Source: Prorocentrum cordatum
Lineage: Eukaryota
Assembly: GCA_963575745.1 (NCBI GenBank)
Contig: CAUYUJ010000001.1
Span: 1,922,001 to 1,986,000 of the forward strand
Length of the DNA: 64,000 bases
Reading direction: 5' to 3'
Shown: one piece after another, positions 1 through 13,353 of the stretch
Layout of the letters: each line of letters begins with the position of its first letter
Numbering within the stretch: position 1 is the first letter of the stretch
The notes under the pieces: generated by a model
What the model saw: only the letters and a program-made list of their open reading frames with translations
Databases searched by the model: none
Told to the model about the DNA's origin: nothing
Made by a program: the position numbers and the translations under genes

Positions 1-425
1 CTTTGAGAGCAACAACGCGAAGGAAGGAGCCAGGCGAGAGCACGACTTGGAAAACTGCTTGCATCACCAGCCATGCAGCGGTCGGACTTCGCAGGTCCCA
101 CCGCCGCAAGTTGCAGGGAAGTCTCAGGCGAAAGTGCCCAGATTGTCGGGCGGTGCGACGCGGAGGAGTGCTCCCAACGAAGAAGGGCTTTGCAGGAAGA
201 GAGGGAGGAGAAAGCGGCGGAAGGAGAGAGGGAGGAGCACGAGGGTGGAAGAAGAGGAGAAGGAGGAGGTAAGATGGGAGGGAAGTCTGCAACTGGGGGG
301 GGACCAAGAACTCATTCGGCGTGATTCTTGTTCACAGCGTGGACGCCCGCAGCTCTGGACCTCTCTCATTTTCGCCCCCCCTCGAGACCAGCTTTTCACC
401 TTGAGCTGTGGTTTAACAGAGTTCA

Positions 426-615
426 GGGGCAGCGCTAGGGGGGGATAGGCACAGGGGGGGGAGGCATCGACCCCAATCGCCCGATAGCCGCAACTTGCCA
501 AGGAACGTGTGGATTCACTATCGGGGCCCTACCGCCGATCCATCGGCGATGTATCGCCGATTCCAGCTGGACGTGCCCCCCCTTATGCCAGTCCCCCCCC
601 CCTTGTCGTTGCCCC
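426..615. mobile_element. MITE family A, copy 1 (PIF/Harbinger/Tourist-like)
   Basis: Imperfect TIRs of about 35 bp (GGGGCAGCG..GGGGATAGGCA / TGCCAGTCCCC..CGTTGCCCC) flanked by TCA on both sides; second copy at 29108-29319. Confidence 0.7.
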
Positions 616-978
616 TCAGGCCCTGGGGCCCGGGGAGGGCCCCGGAGGCCGAGAACTGCCACAGACCGTCCGCTGTAGTCCTGCCACGTCGCGAGGAGGC
701 ACAGCCAAGACGCCGAAATAAGGAACGCTCTGGGCTCAGGAGGGGTTCGGGTTCTCGGGCGGTTCCTTAGACCTGCGTCGTGGAACCTGTTTGTGGCCTA
801 GGCCCGCCGTGGCCAGAAAAGGCCCTTTGTTCTTCATTATGCGCTCCTTCTGGCAGCACGATGACTGCCAGGAGGATGGTGGAGGGCCGCGGCGGGAAGA
901 TCGAGGGGAAACAGAGGCAGGGAGGAGCAACGAGAAGGACCAAGGAAGAGGTGGAGGAACGTCAAGCAGGAACGAACA

Positions 979-1241
979 GGAGGAGGAGGAGGAGGAGGAG
1001 GAGGAGGAGGAGGAGGAGGAGGAGAAGGAGGGGGAGGAAGACCGACCAGGAGAAGGAGGAGGAGGAGGGGTAGGAGGAGGAGGAGGAACAACGAGGAGGA
1101 GGAACGAAGAGGAGGAGGAGGAGAAGGAGGCGGAGGAGGCGGAGGAACGAGGAGGAGGAACGAGGAGGAAGGAGGGGTAGGAGCGAGGAGGAGAGCTGTG
1201 TGATGTGTGCGTGTACGCATGTTGATGACGATGTTGATGCT

Positions 1242-1272
<31 letters not shown>

Positions 1273-1749
1273 ATGATGATGCTGATGGTTATTATGATTA
1301 TGATGATGGTGATGGTGATGGTGATGATGATTGTGATCAAGGTTATGATGAGTATGCTGCTGTTGCTGATGCTGATGCTGCTGGTGATGATGCTGATGAC
1401 GATGATGCTGACGATGGTGATGATGATGCTGATGCCGATGCTGATGCTGATGTTGCTGATGATGATGGTGATACTGGTGATGATGATGATGATGCTGCTG
1501 ATGATGATGCTGATAATGATGATGAGGATGATGTTGATGATGGTGCCGATGAGGATGATAAGGATGATGCTGATAATGATGAGGATGATGAAGGTGAGGA
1601 TGATAAGGATGATGAGAATGGGGAGGTTGAGGAGGATGGGGAGGATGAGGAGATGAGGAGGATGATGAGGATAATGATGATGATGATTATGATGATGCTG
1701 ATTATGATGATGATGCTGATGCTGATGATGCTGATGATGCTGATGATGC

Positions 1750-1836
<87 letters not shown>

Positions 1837-1935
1837 GGAGGATGAGGAGGATTACGAGGATTACGAGGAGGAGGAGGAGGAGGAAGAGGAGGAGGAGGAG
1901 GAGGAGGAGGAGGAGGAGGAGGAGGAGGAGGAGGG
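979..1935. repeat. Compound microsatellite (GAG)n-(GAT)n-(GAG)n
   Basis: Directly visible; source of the poly-D/M/R ORFs. Confidence 0.95.
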
Positions 1936-1954
1936 GGCGCGAAGCCCTGCGCAG

Positions 1955-2026
1955 TACCCCTTCCTGGGCGTCCTCCTGCCAGCGAGCGTGGACGAGGCCC
2001 GCGTCATCGGGGCGCGGCAGGGCCAG
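1955..2026 (+). CDS. Exon a of FAF2/UBXD8/PUX-like (UAS-coiled coil-UBX) host gene: YPFLGVLLPASVDEARVIGARQGQ
   Basis: ctgcgcag| acceptor, 72 nt, ends CAG|gc. YPFL...V..R.G resembles the C-terminal part of the UAS (thioredoxin-like) domain and joins the next exon in frame. Confidence 0.75.
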
Positions 2027-2759
2027 GCGAGCGCGCGCCGCGCCCTCCACGGCCTTCGCAGCGCCTGCCCCCGGTCTCTCCTGGGCCTCCCCCCCTGCTG
2101 CTCTTGGAGGAGCAAGGGTCGGCACACGCACGCGGCAGGAGCAGAAGCGGAAGCCCTCAGAGGCCTGCGCGCATTTCTCGGATCGGCACTGGGCCGTGCC
2201 GTTGCCGTTGCGGAGGGCCGATCTGGCGGGTCGGTCTTTCCTCGCAGGCCTGGAGGTTGACACCAACACCAATTTCGGCAGTGTACCTCCACCCTCCTCC
2301 TCCTCCTCCTCGTCCTCCTCGTCCTCCTCCTCCTCCTCCTCCTCCTCCTCCTCCTCCAGCGCCCCTGGCGCGCTCCGCGCGCCACGGCGGGGGGTCCGGG
2401 GCGGATCCAAGAAATCCGCGCCGAGCTCCGACCCGCGCGGGATCGGGGCGCCGGCGTTGGTGCGCTGATGATTTGGGCTCGGTTGTCTGGGGATCCAAGG
2501 GCTCCCCCGAGGGCGCGAAGTTATTCGCGCTTCGCGCTTCGCGGTCCTCGTTCCTTCTCCCCCTCCTCCTCGTCCTCCTATTCTCCCTTTGGGAGGGCGG
2601 CGCGAGAGCGCGAAGTTATTCGCGCTTCGCGCTTCGCGGAGCGCGAAGCGCGAAGCTGGGAGCCCTTGGGATCCCCCTGCCGCGCGGGGCTGGCGAGGGT
2701 GTTGCGACTCGTGCATGCATTCGCGAATCTCCGTCTCAAGCCTATCAGCTGCTTTTGTG

Positions 2760-3690
2760 TGCCTCTGCGGTCAGCGCTTCTCTTCGCAGGCGGCGGCAGT
2801 GGCTTCCCGGCTGCTCTAAGAAGCGTGCGCGGAGTGGACGGACTTCCAGATTGTCCCCCACCTCACGCACCTCTGTTTCGTGCTGGGGCCTGGGGTTCCA
2901 GAGGGTGTCCAATGGGCTCGGCCTCTCAAGGAGTGGCGCAGTCGGACGGCCGCAATCGCTCGTTCGGCCGCCGATTCGAGCGCCTCTGCCCGCTGGTACA
3001 CAGAGAGAGCGGCCAGCACGCTCTCGCACAAGTGCCAGCTCCTTCCGCTCTCGCGTCAAGAGGTCGCGGGCGAGCCCCATGGCTCGTGACTCCCCCAGTC
3101 CGCTTGGATGGATTTGCAGGCTCTCGGAGTCCCTCCCATCCCTCCGATCCGAGCGGTGGTGCTGGCGGCGCGGATGCGTGTTGTTCGGGAGACTGTTAGC
3201 GTGTGGCCGCAGATGTGCACGCGCCTTCTCGCGGAGGCCGAGGAACGCATGGCAGCAAGTCGGTGTGTCACGCGCGAGGGGGGGAGAAGCCCATGGCCGA
3301 CGTTCTGGAACGAACCCGCCTTCGCAAGTCGCTCCAGCTGGCGGCGGAGGCCTCTCCTCTCCTGGGCTTGCAGGAGGGTCTGGCGGCCCGCAGCGGGCTG
3401 GAGCTCCTCAGAAACGAGAGAACGGCGGCGCTCTCGACTGGCTCCCCGCACCTTCGCATCAAGACCCAGAGGACCCTCCAGCGCGGTGTCACCCCTGTGT
3501 TGGATCTCTCGGAGGGCGCCCTCCTCCGAGTTATCAAGGAAAGGCTCGGCCGCTGGTTTGACCTGGAGAGGAAATGCTGCAACGCGTGGACTGGGAGGGG
3601 GTTCGGGAGACGCTCAGCGCTCCCCCCTCCTCGTGGAAGATGGCGGCCGTTCGCACCTGGACGGGCGGGTGGGCGTGCGACACCCGACCT
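2760..3690 (+). mobile_element. Degenerate non-LTR retrotransposon ORF2 C-terminal remnant
   Basis: Frameshifted peptides VLAARMRVV..W, WPTFWNEPAFA and WKMAAVRTWTGGW..TR parallel, in order, the motifs of the remnant at 4250-5510. Confidence 0.5.
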
Positions 3691-3706
3691 CGCAACCCCG
3701 ACCCCG

Positions 3707-3862
3707 GATGCATTATGGGCTGTGATGCCCAAAGACTAGTGGAGCCCTGGATTCCTGGATGCCCAAAGACTGTGTGCACCCGACTATGCACTCCTGTGCC
3801 CAATTTTGGGCTGTGATGCCCAAAGACTGTGTGCACCCGACTACGCGTGAGCCCTGGATTCC
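3707..3862. repeat. Short scrambled duplications of (GGGCTGT)GATGCCCAAAGACT(GTGTGCACCCGACTA)
   Basis: Three copies of GATGCCCAAAGACT and two of GAGCCCTGGATTCC. Confidence 0.8.
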
Positions 3863-4249
3863 TTTCCCGGGTGGCTCTGGCCAGTGGCGCTCCGGTGCCG
3901 TCGTCGATGCCCCAGCTGTTCGCCCTCTGCCCCTGCTCCCTCCAGCGGCTTCGGCTTCGGTTCGTCTCGAGCCATGGTCACCATCCTCGACCCCACCACG
4001 ATGAGTGGAGAGGTCTTCGGGGGGATGGTGGCCCTCGGATTCCGAAGCGGCGGACTTTGCCCGAGCTGCGCGTCTTGCAGCTGACCTCCCGCACAGTGCT
4101 GGGGCTCGCCGGTGATTGCGAATGGGGCTTTCTTGGGGACGCTCGGCCTCCTCGGCCGCCTCCTCCTCCTCCTCCTCCTCCTCCTCCTCCTCCTCCTCCT
4201 CCTCCTCCTCCTCCTCCTCCTCCTCCTCCTCCTCCTCTCCTCTGGACCA

Positions 4250-5510
4250 GAACCTCCCCTGAGGTGCATGCCCTTGTAGAGGCCCGACTCCAGTCTGTTG
4301 CCCCGTCGTTTTCAAGCTTTCCGATCAGGGGTCGGGCCAAATACCTGGGAATGTTGTTCGGTCCAGAGGCCACTCTTGATATGCAATGGGAGGCTCCAAG
4401 CACGAAGCTTGGATATCGAGTCCGTCTGGCCGCCTCCACTCGTGCACCTGCCGAAGCCTCCTGCAGGAACTATAGCTCATGCTCTCTCCCCGTCCTCCCT
4501 TACCTCGTGCAGTTCTTTCCCCTCCCGTCCTTTCTCCTCCGCAAAGAGCACTGGCTCCTGCATAAGCTGCCTCGGCTGCCTCCGAACACGTTTAAACGTG
4601 ATGAGCTCCTCGGTCTTCGACTGGCTTCCAGGATCGGCGCCTGCGGCGATGATGGTCCTGGCTCGTGCCTCTGTGTGGCGGTTCGGGCTCTCCACATGGA
4701 CAAAGGCCAGACAGTTCTCACAGCTTCTGAGAGAGTGGCACTGGTGGCACGGCACGAGTGTTAGGCACGTTCGTGGCGAATGGTCTCCACCGTGCTGGGT
4801 TCTGAGTCGGTCGATTGCCCAATTCGTGGCTTCTGTTCTGGATGCCTCCCCCTCCGACCTCTTCCCGCGTGCAGCCCTGCACGAGGCAAAGTTTCGAGGA
4901 GTGGAGGAGCAGCTTGCTGCTGCCTCGGAGGGGAGGAGGCCTAGAATCCAGCGTGTCCTGTCCCGATCCCTTTCCTCTTCCCTCTTCCCTGATCGCCTTC
5001 ACCTCCTCCTTTCCCGCCGCCTCCACTCTTGGATTCCATCCATGAGGTGCCCTGGCCCCCAAGAGATGGAGGTGAGATGGCTCGCCTTGATGGCTGTGCT
5101 GGCCCGATCGCCTCCGTCTTGGGTTTGGGCGCATCTGAAGACGCTAGCAGGTGGATGGGTCACGACCGCGCGCATGCCTGTCTTGGCTCGTCGAAGTTGC
5201 TGATTGGGTTGCGAGGGCTGTCTCGACTCTTTTCCTCACAACCTCTGCTGCCCTCGTCTCCTCCATCTGCTCGCCCGACGTCGCCCTCGCGTCTTTCTGC
5301 CGTCCTGCCCCATGGCTCGGTTCGGAGTCGGCCTTGATGAGGACTATTCGAATATTTTCTCTCGCGTGGACGCGCACCGCACGTGTGTCCTCGCGTTACC
5401 TTTTTACCATAAACTGAAAGCAGAGCAGGATGCGTCGCCTGGCTCTGCCCGAGACCTCGAATCTCACCTGCAGATTCTCAGAGGTGTCAGGCTCTCATCG
5501 GGAGCCTGAG
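4250..5510 (+). mobile_element. 5'-truncated LINE (non-LTR retrotransposon) remnant: RT thumb to CCHC zinc knuckle
   Basis: AKYLGMLFGP (RT KYLG motif), Y...LPVLPYLVQF, LKTLAGGWVTTARM, then SC*LGCEGCLDSFPHNLCCPRL (C-terminal CCHC); frameshift and stop present. Confidence 0.75.
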
Positions 5511-5641
5511 GATGGAGGATGGCTTCTTGAAGGCACGTGCTCTCCCCTCGCGTCTCTTTGCGCTTCAACCTTCTTGTTGCTTCTGCTCCCGCTCCGGGAT
5601 GCTCCCTACTCCTCCAGCACCTTCTGCGCTCCTCCGCCCCT

Positions 5642-6173
5642 TTCTCCTCTTCCTCCTCCTCCTCCTCCTCCTCCTCCTCCTCCTCCTCCTCCTCCTCCTC
5701 CTCCTCCCCCTCCTCCTCCTCCTCCTCCTCCTCCCCCTCCTCCTCCTCCTCCTCCTCCTCCTCCTCCTCCTCCTCCTCCTCCTCCTCCTCCTCCTCCCCC
5801 CTTCTCCTTCTCCTTCTCCTCTTCCCACTTGCACCTCCATCAACACCTCCTCCTCGTCCTCCTCCATCAACGCAACCTCCTCCTCCTCCTCCTTGTGATC
5901 ATCCTGCTGCTCCTTCTGGTCCTCCTTTTCCTCTCGTTCCATCTTAGTACGATTGCAATCATCATTGCTAATATCATTGCTAGATGTTTGTGTCATTTGT
6001 TCATCGGTGTTCGTTGCTCGATTATCATTGTTGTTAGTCGTATCAGCATTCGTACTTTGTATATGTGAATCCGTATATCGTATTTCCATTATTCGTGCTC
6101 TCATTGTTCTTATGATTGGCATCAGTCGTGTTGTTCGTGTAGTTGATACCACTAGTACCAATATTAATAATGA

Positions 6174-6205
<32 letters not shown>

Positions 6206-6249
6206 ATAGTAGTAGTAGTAGTAGTAGTAGTAGTAGCAGTACTAGAAGC

Positions 6250-6319
<70 letters not shown>

Positions 6320-6503
6320 ATAGTAGTAGTACTAGTCGCAGTAGTAGTAGCCCTAACTAGTTGTAGACGTAGTCGTAGTAGTAGTAGTAGTAGTAGCAGC
6401 AGCAGCAGTAGCAGTAGTAGTAGTAGTGGTAGTATTAGTAGTGGTGGTAGTAGTAGTCATAGTAGGAGTCGTAGTAGCAGTAGTAGTAGTCGTCGTCGTA
6501 GGC

Positions 6504-6547
<44 letters not shown>

Positions 6548-6571
6548 CGTAGTAACAATAGTATAAGTAGC

Positions 6572-6603
<32 letters not shown>

Positions 6604-6731
6604 GAGTAGCAGTCGTAGTAGTAGAAGTATCAGTAATACTAGTGATAATAGCAGCATCAGAACCAGTAGTTGTAATTGTAATAGTAGTAGTAGTAGTCGT
6701 CGTCGTAGTAGTAATAATAGTGGTAGTAGTG

Positions 6732-6788
<57 letters not shown>

Positions 6789-6874
6789 CTAGTGGTAGCA
6801 GTAGTAGTACATGTAGTAGTAGTCGGCGTCGTAGTCGTAGTCGCAGTCGCAGTCGTAGTAGTAGTAGTAGTAGC

Positions 6875-6918
<44 letters not shown>

Positions 6919-7105
6919 TAGTAGTAGTAGAAATAGCAGTAGCAGTCGTAGTAGTAATAGTAGTAGTAGCAGTAGTAGTAGTAGTAGTAATAGTAGTAGT
7001 AGTAGTAGTAGTACTAGTAGTAGTAGTAGTAGTAGCAGTAGCAGTAGCAGTAGCAGTAGCAGTAGTCGCATCAGCATTCGTGGCAGTGGTGGTAGTAGTA
7101 GTACC
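5642..7105. repeat. (CCT)n tract followed by a ~0.9 kb (AGT)n microsatellite
   Basis: Directly visible. Confidence 0.95.
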
Positions 7106-7399
7106 TGAATCAATCGTACTATCATTCGTATTCAGCTTCCGGTTACTAGTACCAGTTGTTGTTTTCCGATTGTTATTTTCTTCTGAGTTATATTCGTATG
7201 TTCCTTATGTTTCTTTTTCTTCCTCCCCCTCCTCGTCCTCCAACCTCCACCTGCTCCTCCACCTTCTCCCCCTGCTCCTCCTCGTCCTCCTCCTCCTCCA
7301 CCATCCCTGTTCCTTACGAGAACTTCTTCCCTGTCACACCCCCATGCGCGTCGGTAGGGCGCGCCAGGCTTTCGCCTGAGATTTCCCGCCCTCCGTGAT

Positions 7400-7910
7400 C
7401 CTGAACGTTTGCAGAATGTCGTTTTCGCTTCAGCGCCGCGCGCATTCAGTTTGGAAATGTACAACAGCTTCACGGATGGAGTGCGCGCTTTAGAGTTGCG
7501 CAGATTCGTCTTACAAGTTTGCAGCAGTTCACGAATGAAGGGCGTCTCTTTTTCAAAAGTTGGTTATCGATTTACCGCCGAGCTTGTTTTGCTTTGGAAG
7601 GTTGCAGCAGTTTCAAGAATTCGCATGGTCGAAGTCCCAGGATGTGTGCTCTGGCAAGGCTTAGGGTTGCCAGAACGCAGCAGCCATGTTTGGCTCGCGG
7701 TGTTGACGTCCCAGGATGGTGTCCTGCCGCGTTTTAGGATTGTTAGGACGCAGCGGCCACGTTGATTCGCGACGCCGAAGTCACAGGAGCCGTGTTTTGG
7801 TACGATTGAGGATTCTCAGACGTGTGTTTCCTGATGGGGCATGTCTGTTCACATAGAAAGACCCTGCCGTGAGGGCACTTAGAGGGAGGGTATGTTGCAA
7901 CATCGCTGAT
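7400..7910 (+). repeat. Dispersed repeat, homologous to 47520-48005
   Basis: Shared blocks CACGTTGATTCGC, GTGTTTTGG.ACG.TTGAGGATTCTCAG, ATGGGGCAT and CGCGCATTC. Confidence 0.65.
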
Positions 7911-8039
7911 GCCTTTCAAGTTTGCGCTGGTCCTCCCCTCTTCCTCCTCCTCCTCCTTCCTCCTTCTCCTCCCTCCTCTTCCCTCCTCTCTTCCTGCCCC
8001 GGACGCCTTTCCCACCCTCCCCCGGTTCCCCCCGCCAAG

Positions 8040-8084
8040 GTTGAGGTGGACGCCATCGTGGCTCTCCTGACGCAGTGCCTTGAG
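8040..8084 (+). CDS. Exon b of host gene: VEVDAIVALLTQCLE
   Basis: Pyrimidine-rich tract then gccaag|G, 45 nt, ends GAG|ga. Fits the last UAS helix. Confidence 0.75.
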
Positions 8085-8619
8085 GACCCCCATTGGGCGG
8101 CACCGGCGCCCTGGGGCCGCCCGTCCGCGTGAGGGGGGTGCGGGGAGGTTGGGCGTTCAAGGGACGGGGCGCAGCTACCCGTCCTTTTCGGACAGGCGAC
8201 GGGAAGAATGAGGAGGGCGAGGGAAACATGATTGAAGAGGAGAGGGGGAGGAGGTGGAGGAGGAGGAGAGGCAACGAGAGGATGAGTAGGAAGACGAGGG
8301 ACACGAGGAGAAGGAGGAGGAGAAAGAGGAGGAGGAAGGGGACAACGAAGAGGGAAGGGAGGAAACAGGAGGAAGAAAAAAGTGGAAGAGGAGGGGGAAA
8401 GGGAGGAGGAGGATGAAGAGGAGAAGAGGAAACAATGGACGAGGAGGGGGAGGAGGAGGAGGAGGAGGAGGAGAGAAGGAGGAGGAATAGGAGGAGGAGG
8501 AGGAGGAGGAGGAGGAGGAGGAGGAGGAGGAGGAGGAGGGGAGGTCGAAAAGGAGGAGGAGGAGGAGGAGGAGGAGGAGGAGGAGGTGCGCGCCCTCGTC
8601 GTCGCGGCCGTGGCGATTC

Positions 8620-11050
8620 AGGTGGAGCATCTGAGGGGTACGGTGTGCCTTTTTGAGAATGTCGTTGCGTGGCCACCCTCATGCGGGATGTTCTCGGCAA
8701 CGACATTGCGAGGGGCACGTGGAGTGCACGGGTTTCGTGACAATGCCGTGTTGGAAGAGCTGCTATGTCCATCCACAGCTGGCAACGCTCCTGATTATAT
8801 GCGTAGGTGATGTGCAACTGCCTGGTCCGTAAACATCCTTGAAGCAGGACTGGGAGATCTTGCTCACGCCTTCGGAAAAACCGACCGAAAGGGGTAGACA
8901 TGGATCCTCCGATTGACGCTGGCAGATGTTTCGGGTGCGAACGTAGAGTGTGCGAGCGAGACATAGATCGGCAGGGCGAAAATCCAGTTGCGTTGGATCC
9001 AGCCCCGCCAAAGCCAGTGACAGTAACAGAGTCCGTGGCCACTCTGGGCCGACTGGCTCTATATGACGACATGGGCGGTCATTGTTCTGGCGAGGTCCGG
9101 TCCGAATTTTTCGAAGTATCGGAAAACCTTCGGGAGAGGGCCAGCATAGCATCAGGCAAGGCGCCGCGTGACTTACCAACGACACAGAGGGACTCATCAA
9201 CGCTGAGTATTGCCTTGGAAACGATACCCGATGCTCCCAGAAGGTCAGACGGTGCCACTCACATCACACTGTCCTCTAGCATGAGGACTTGGAAACTTTT
9301 GATTTTCCGCGGATCTATAGCTGCGCTGTAGAAGCGCCAGTGGAGGTTCCCTTGGGCACTGCCCCAAAGTCGCATGCTCCAGGCCCAAAAAAGAAAGTCA
9401 GAGTGATCGTCTGCATTATGGAGGATCAATTTTCCTCGCGTGTTGCGTCATATGCCGAGATGACTGACCCCGACCTAAAGACGCACCTGATTGCGGATAC
9501 TCCCCTCGGGCCTAACACAGAGGAGTACGAAGGCGGACAGTATGGGCCCCGGGGGATATCCTGCCCCCCGCAGAGGATTATATAGCTGACTTTCTTGGCA
9601 TCGATGCCGATGTTGGCCCCCTTCAGGCCGCGCGGCGCACGGAGGTCCATTGAATTCGTCCGCAGAGGACAGGCGCCAGCCTGCACAGTCGGGCAGGCTT
9701 TCGCCGATAGCGGCCCAGGTTCCCATGAAGATACAGCACGGCGCCCGCATGGCTCGCTGCGACTTCTCGAAGGCGCCTGCGAGTCAGCCAGCTGCGTCAC
9801 GACATTGACTGAACAGTAGGATGCGGAAGTGTTCCAGCTGATTTGTTATGTCCCGACTATGTCCGACATTCCAATGCTGAGTCAGGTTGCGGATGCCGAC
9901 CTGGTCAGTAACATCCGACCGCGCGGAAGTAGGGGCGCAAGTAATCAGAAAGTCTGGGGGGACCACATTCCTCGGCCAATCAGACGACGTCGTCGAGACG
10001 ACAGACGCGCGTGGCCCATGGTGCCCCAGAGGCGGGAATCGTCGCGGCTGGCTTGGGGCCGATAGCGGAGCTCTTGCCCGCGTCGCCGCTGTGGGAGACC
10101 TTGTCGGGGCGAACGCTTCCGTATATTTTTCCCGGGCGCAGTCAGGCGGCGCGCGAGATGTGCCATGCGGGGGGTCGCGACTATTCCAGCGCGCGCCCCG
10201 TGCCCATTGCCAAAGCGCTTCAGCCACGGCCGAGCAGAATGCGCGTAGAAGCGTTGGACTGGTGCATGAGAGAGTACAGCCAGCGTGCAGATGTCGGAAA
10301 CCTGGAACCGATCTCATGGGTCAAAGTGTCAACGTCGTCCACTCGGTTCAGGTAGTGGCACAGAAATTGCCAACTCTGCCCCGGGGCCAGATTATTAGAC
10401 GTTTTTTACACTTCGCACACGAAGACGCCGCCGCCCTGAAACTTTGGCGGGCGGCCCAACCGCCCGCCGGGTCGTCGTCGAAGTTGCGGCCCAGAAGCAG
10501 CTCGATCAAACCGAAATGGGCCAAGAAACCAGAGCGCGATGGCAGAGGGCGGCCCGCGGACTCCGTCAATCCAGCAACCGGCTGAGGCCGGGCTGGCCAG
10601 GCGCTAGCGGCGGCCGCGCTCCAATATTTCATCGCGACCTGGACCTGGACCGCGCGTTGAATGACTGTGCTGCTCCGCGAGCCGTTGAGGGCGTTTCCGC
10701 GGACAGCCCGTGCGACTTGCTTCTAGTAAGGTTTTGCTGCGGTGAATATATTGGATTAGGACTGCCGAGGCCCGTGCCAACAGGAACCTGCGATGCATCG
10801 AGGCCGATAAAAGCAGATGAGTTCACCGCTGAACCTGGGCGCGAAAAAGGCGATGCGATTTATTCGCGGGGCGGCTGGAAGCACGTTGCACCGCGGGCCC
10901 CCATGCCGCGTGCAGGGGGCTACCCTGGGCCGTGTTTGAATGAGGCCATCCACCGTCGGCAAAAAATCTTGGCCCTGAGAACCCTCGGTGGCAGCGAACT
11001 GCGGCTCGGTCGTCGACTTGGCCTTTAGGTGAATTAGCACGCGTGGTGCT
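8620..11050 (-). mobile_element. Highly decayed DIRS/Ngaro-like (tyrosine recombinase) retroelement: RT, RNase H, YR
   Basis: Ordered minus-strand motif relics: FSRPGSAVNS (~10830), FLAHFGLIELLLGRNFDDD (~10475, RT xxDD), VVTQLADSQAPSR (~9790, RNase H end), PYCPPS..CVFRSGSVISAY (~9500, YR N-terminus), THIIR..GW (~8800, HxxR). Many stops and frameshifts. Confidence 0.5.
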
Positions 11051-12435
11051 TGAGATGAAGGGTGCTGCGCGTGTTCGCGCGGCCCTCTCAACGCCGGCAC
11101 TGGCGCGGCCCGCGAGTCAGATGTTCTTCGTGTGAGCGCGGGCTTGCAACGGCGAGCGCGCGCGGATGCGCGCGCGGGCATGCGGCCACGTGGTAGATGC
11201 GCGAAGAAGCCTTGGGCCGCGGCCACGAAATCTGGAACGCATGCATCCGCGATTTGCAAGTCGCGCCACGGCTCGGGGGGGATCGCGAGGTCGGGGGGGG
11301 GGGGGCGGGGGGCGATGACGTGGCGCGCGGGGCCAATCGCGCGCGCGCGCGCGCTGCGCGTCGCTGATTCGGCGAGGTCGCGCGCGCGCGCGGCCGCTTC
11401 GGCATCGGCAGCGCGGCCCCCCCCGCCCCGCTACGGGATCCGCGCCGCGCCCCCCATGGGCTCGCTCGCCAACCCCCGCGCCGCCCGCCCCCCCCCCCCC
11501 CCAGGGGGCGCTGAGTGATCTTGCAGAGCCCGCCATTGGTGGCGGTCCGCCGTCTGAGGACATGTCGCGCGTCGTTTACGGCCGCGGCAACGGCATCTGG
11601 GGTGCCAAGCTGGAGGGGGAATCAGCTGCCCTCCCGCGCCCTGTGGCAACGCGGGAGGAAAGGCATCATTTCGAGACCCACGGATGACCCAGGAGGGAAG
11701 ACCCCGCGGCTTTTCGGAAGAATGCGGGGGCTGGTCGAAGCCGCCGAATAGATGCTCAGCAATCCCATCCCCCGCCAAAGGTGCGACCTGGAAGCAGAGC
11801 GCGAATTGCCTACCCCGCTGTCGCCCCCAGGCATAACCCAGTCATACCGCGCGCCCCCTCGTCTAGCGGCCTGACCAGTGCAGACCGTAGTTTGGCATCG
11901 CTTGGTATCTCTTGGAAGCGCGGGCGGTCAAAAGCGAGGTGGGTTTGGTTGCCTTTATGGAGCGCCCCCTAGAGACGGAAGCGAAATAATTCTACATGTT
12001 GGTGGCAGTTCCCCTGGGGGCGCAGAATGTATTGTGCGATGCGTTGAAGCCGATGAGGCATTGGCACCTCCTGCCGACCCCCCCTGGCGCTCGACGCCCA
12101 GCTGGGTGCCCCGACGAATGAGATTCGCGCGGCGAAGACTTCATTGGCATAACATTGCAGCCCTGCCAGCATCGTCGAGATGTGCCACGGAGACAGGTGG
12201 CGCGGCATGAGGGATTCGCTTATGGAGCGTAATTCGCATGCCGACGGCTCAGCGAAGCGAAAATATGCGCTGGGCGGTCGGCGGCTGGGATGAGCGCCCG
12301 GCGACGATGGCGACGAGAGAACGGGGGGGCACGAAGCGCGGGGCTTCGCCCGCGGCGTGCCTGGAGGCCTCGGGGAGGATCCGAAGGCAACGGCCGCGAA
12401 AGTCACCGAGAAGCGCAGGGGTCTGCACCCTGGGA

Positions 12436-12498
12436 TGCGTGGACTACAACAACTTCAAGAGTGACGGCTGCAATGGCTCGCCTTGCGGATTTGCCCAC
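12436..12498 (+). pseudogene. CCCH zinc-finger relic (CVDYNNFKSDGCNGSPCGFAH), gag-like
   Basis: C-x10-C-x4-C-x3-H spacing in a disrupted coding-like region. Confidence 0.4.
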
Positions 12499-13316
12499 GT
12501 TCATCATCCCGCGCCTGGGTTTCGGCCCAGATTTCGGTTGCTTCGCGCCAGAAGCGCCCCAGATGATTCCTCCCACGGCGCATTCACGTGACCTGGCTTG
12601 CCCGGAAGTTTAGGGGCGGGCGCAAGAAAGCGCCGACCGACTGATCGCGCGTTCAACCGCTCAACCTCCAAATGTAGCAAGGAAGTCTCGCTCGCGCAAC
12701 CGAGGAGGAACGATTGCCATTCAAGCCGAGCTGGTCAAAGTGGCAGGGCAGGCTTCTTGGGGAGAAGGGGGCCCCTACTTCTCGAGCGAGCATCTAAACT
12801 GCCCGGAGTGCTTGGCGGCGGCGGCGCAGCTCAGGATTCCTTGGCCCCGCTGACTCTCTGGGGCAGAGAAATGGCGAGGGGCTGCCCGGACGAGCGGCGG
12901 GGGCCAACCCCAGTGCCTGAAGGCGGACAGCCGCTGATGATGCGCGAATGTCACAAGCAGATGGTAGATGGCGTGGAGCCTGAGATCGATGACTCAGTCG
13001 ACAGTCGCTGTCGCGCGACACGCCATTGAGATGGCACTCTAGAAAGGTCGAAGCGCACCAAGCGTCCACGCTCAAGGGCAGCATCGATTTTGAAGAGTTG
13101 CGCGCGCGAGCCAGGGGCGGCGCCCCCGCCCGGAATTTGAGCCACGCGCGCCCTCTTTGCGAGTGGAGGCCGGCTTCCCGGCTAACACAAGCGCAGAGGA
13201 CGATGTATAGATATTTACATATACACATATACATATATATATATATATGTATTGAGCCTCCGACGGACGCCCCCGAATAAGTTAAGTCGGCGTCCAGCTA
13301 ACACAAGCGCAGAGGA

Positions 13317-13353
<37 letters not shown>

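Noticed and set aside
1200..2716. Long ORFs (422 and 457 aa) and similar poly-D/S/R/P ORFs across the window
   Set aside because: They are open only because of trinucleotide microsatellites.
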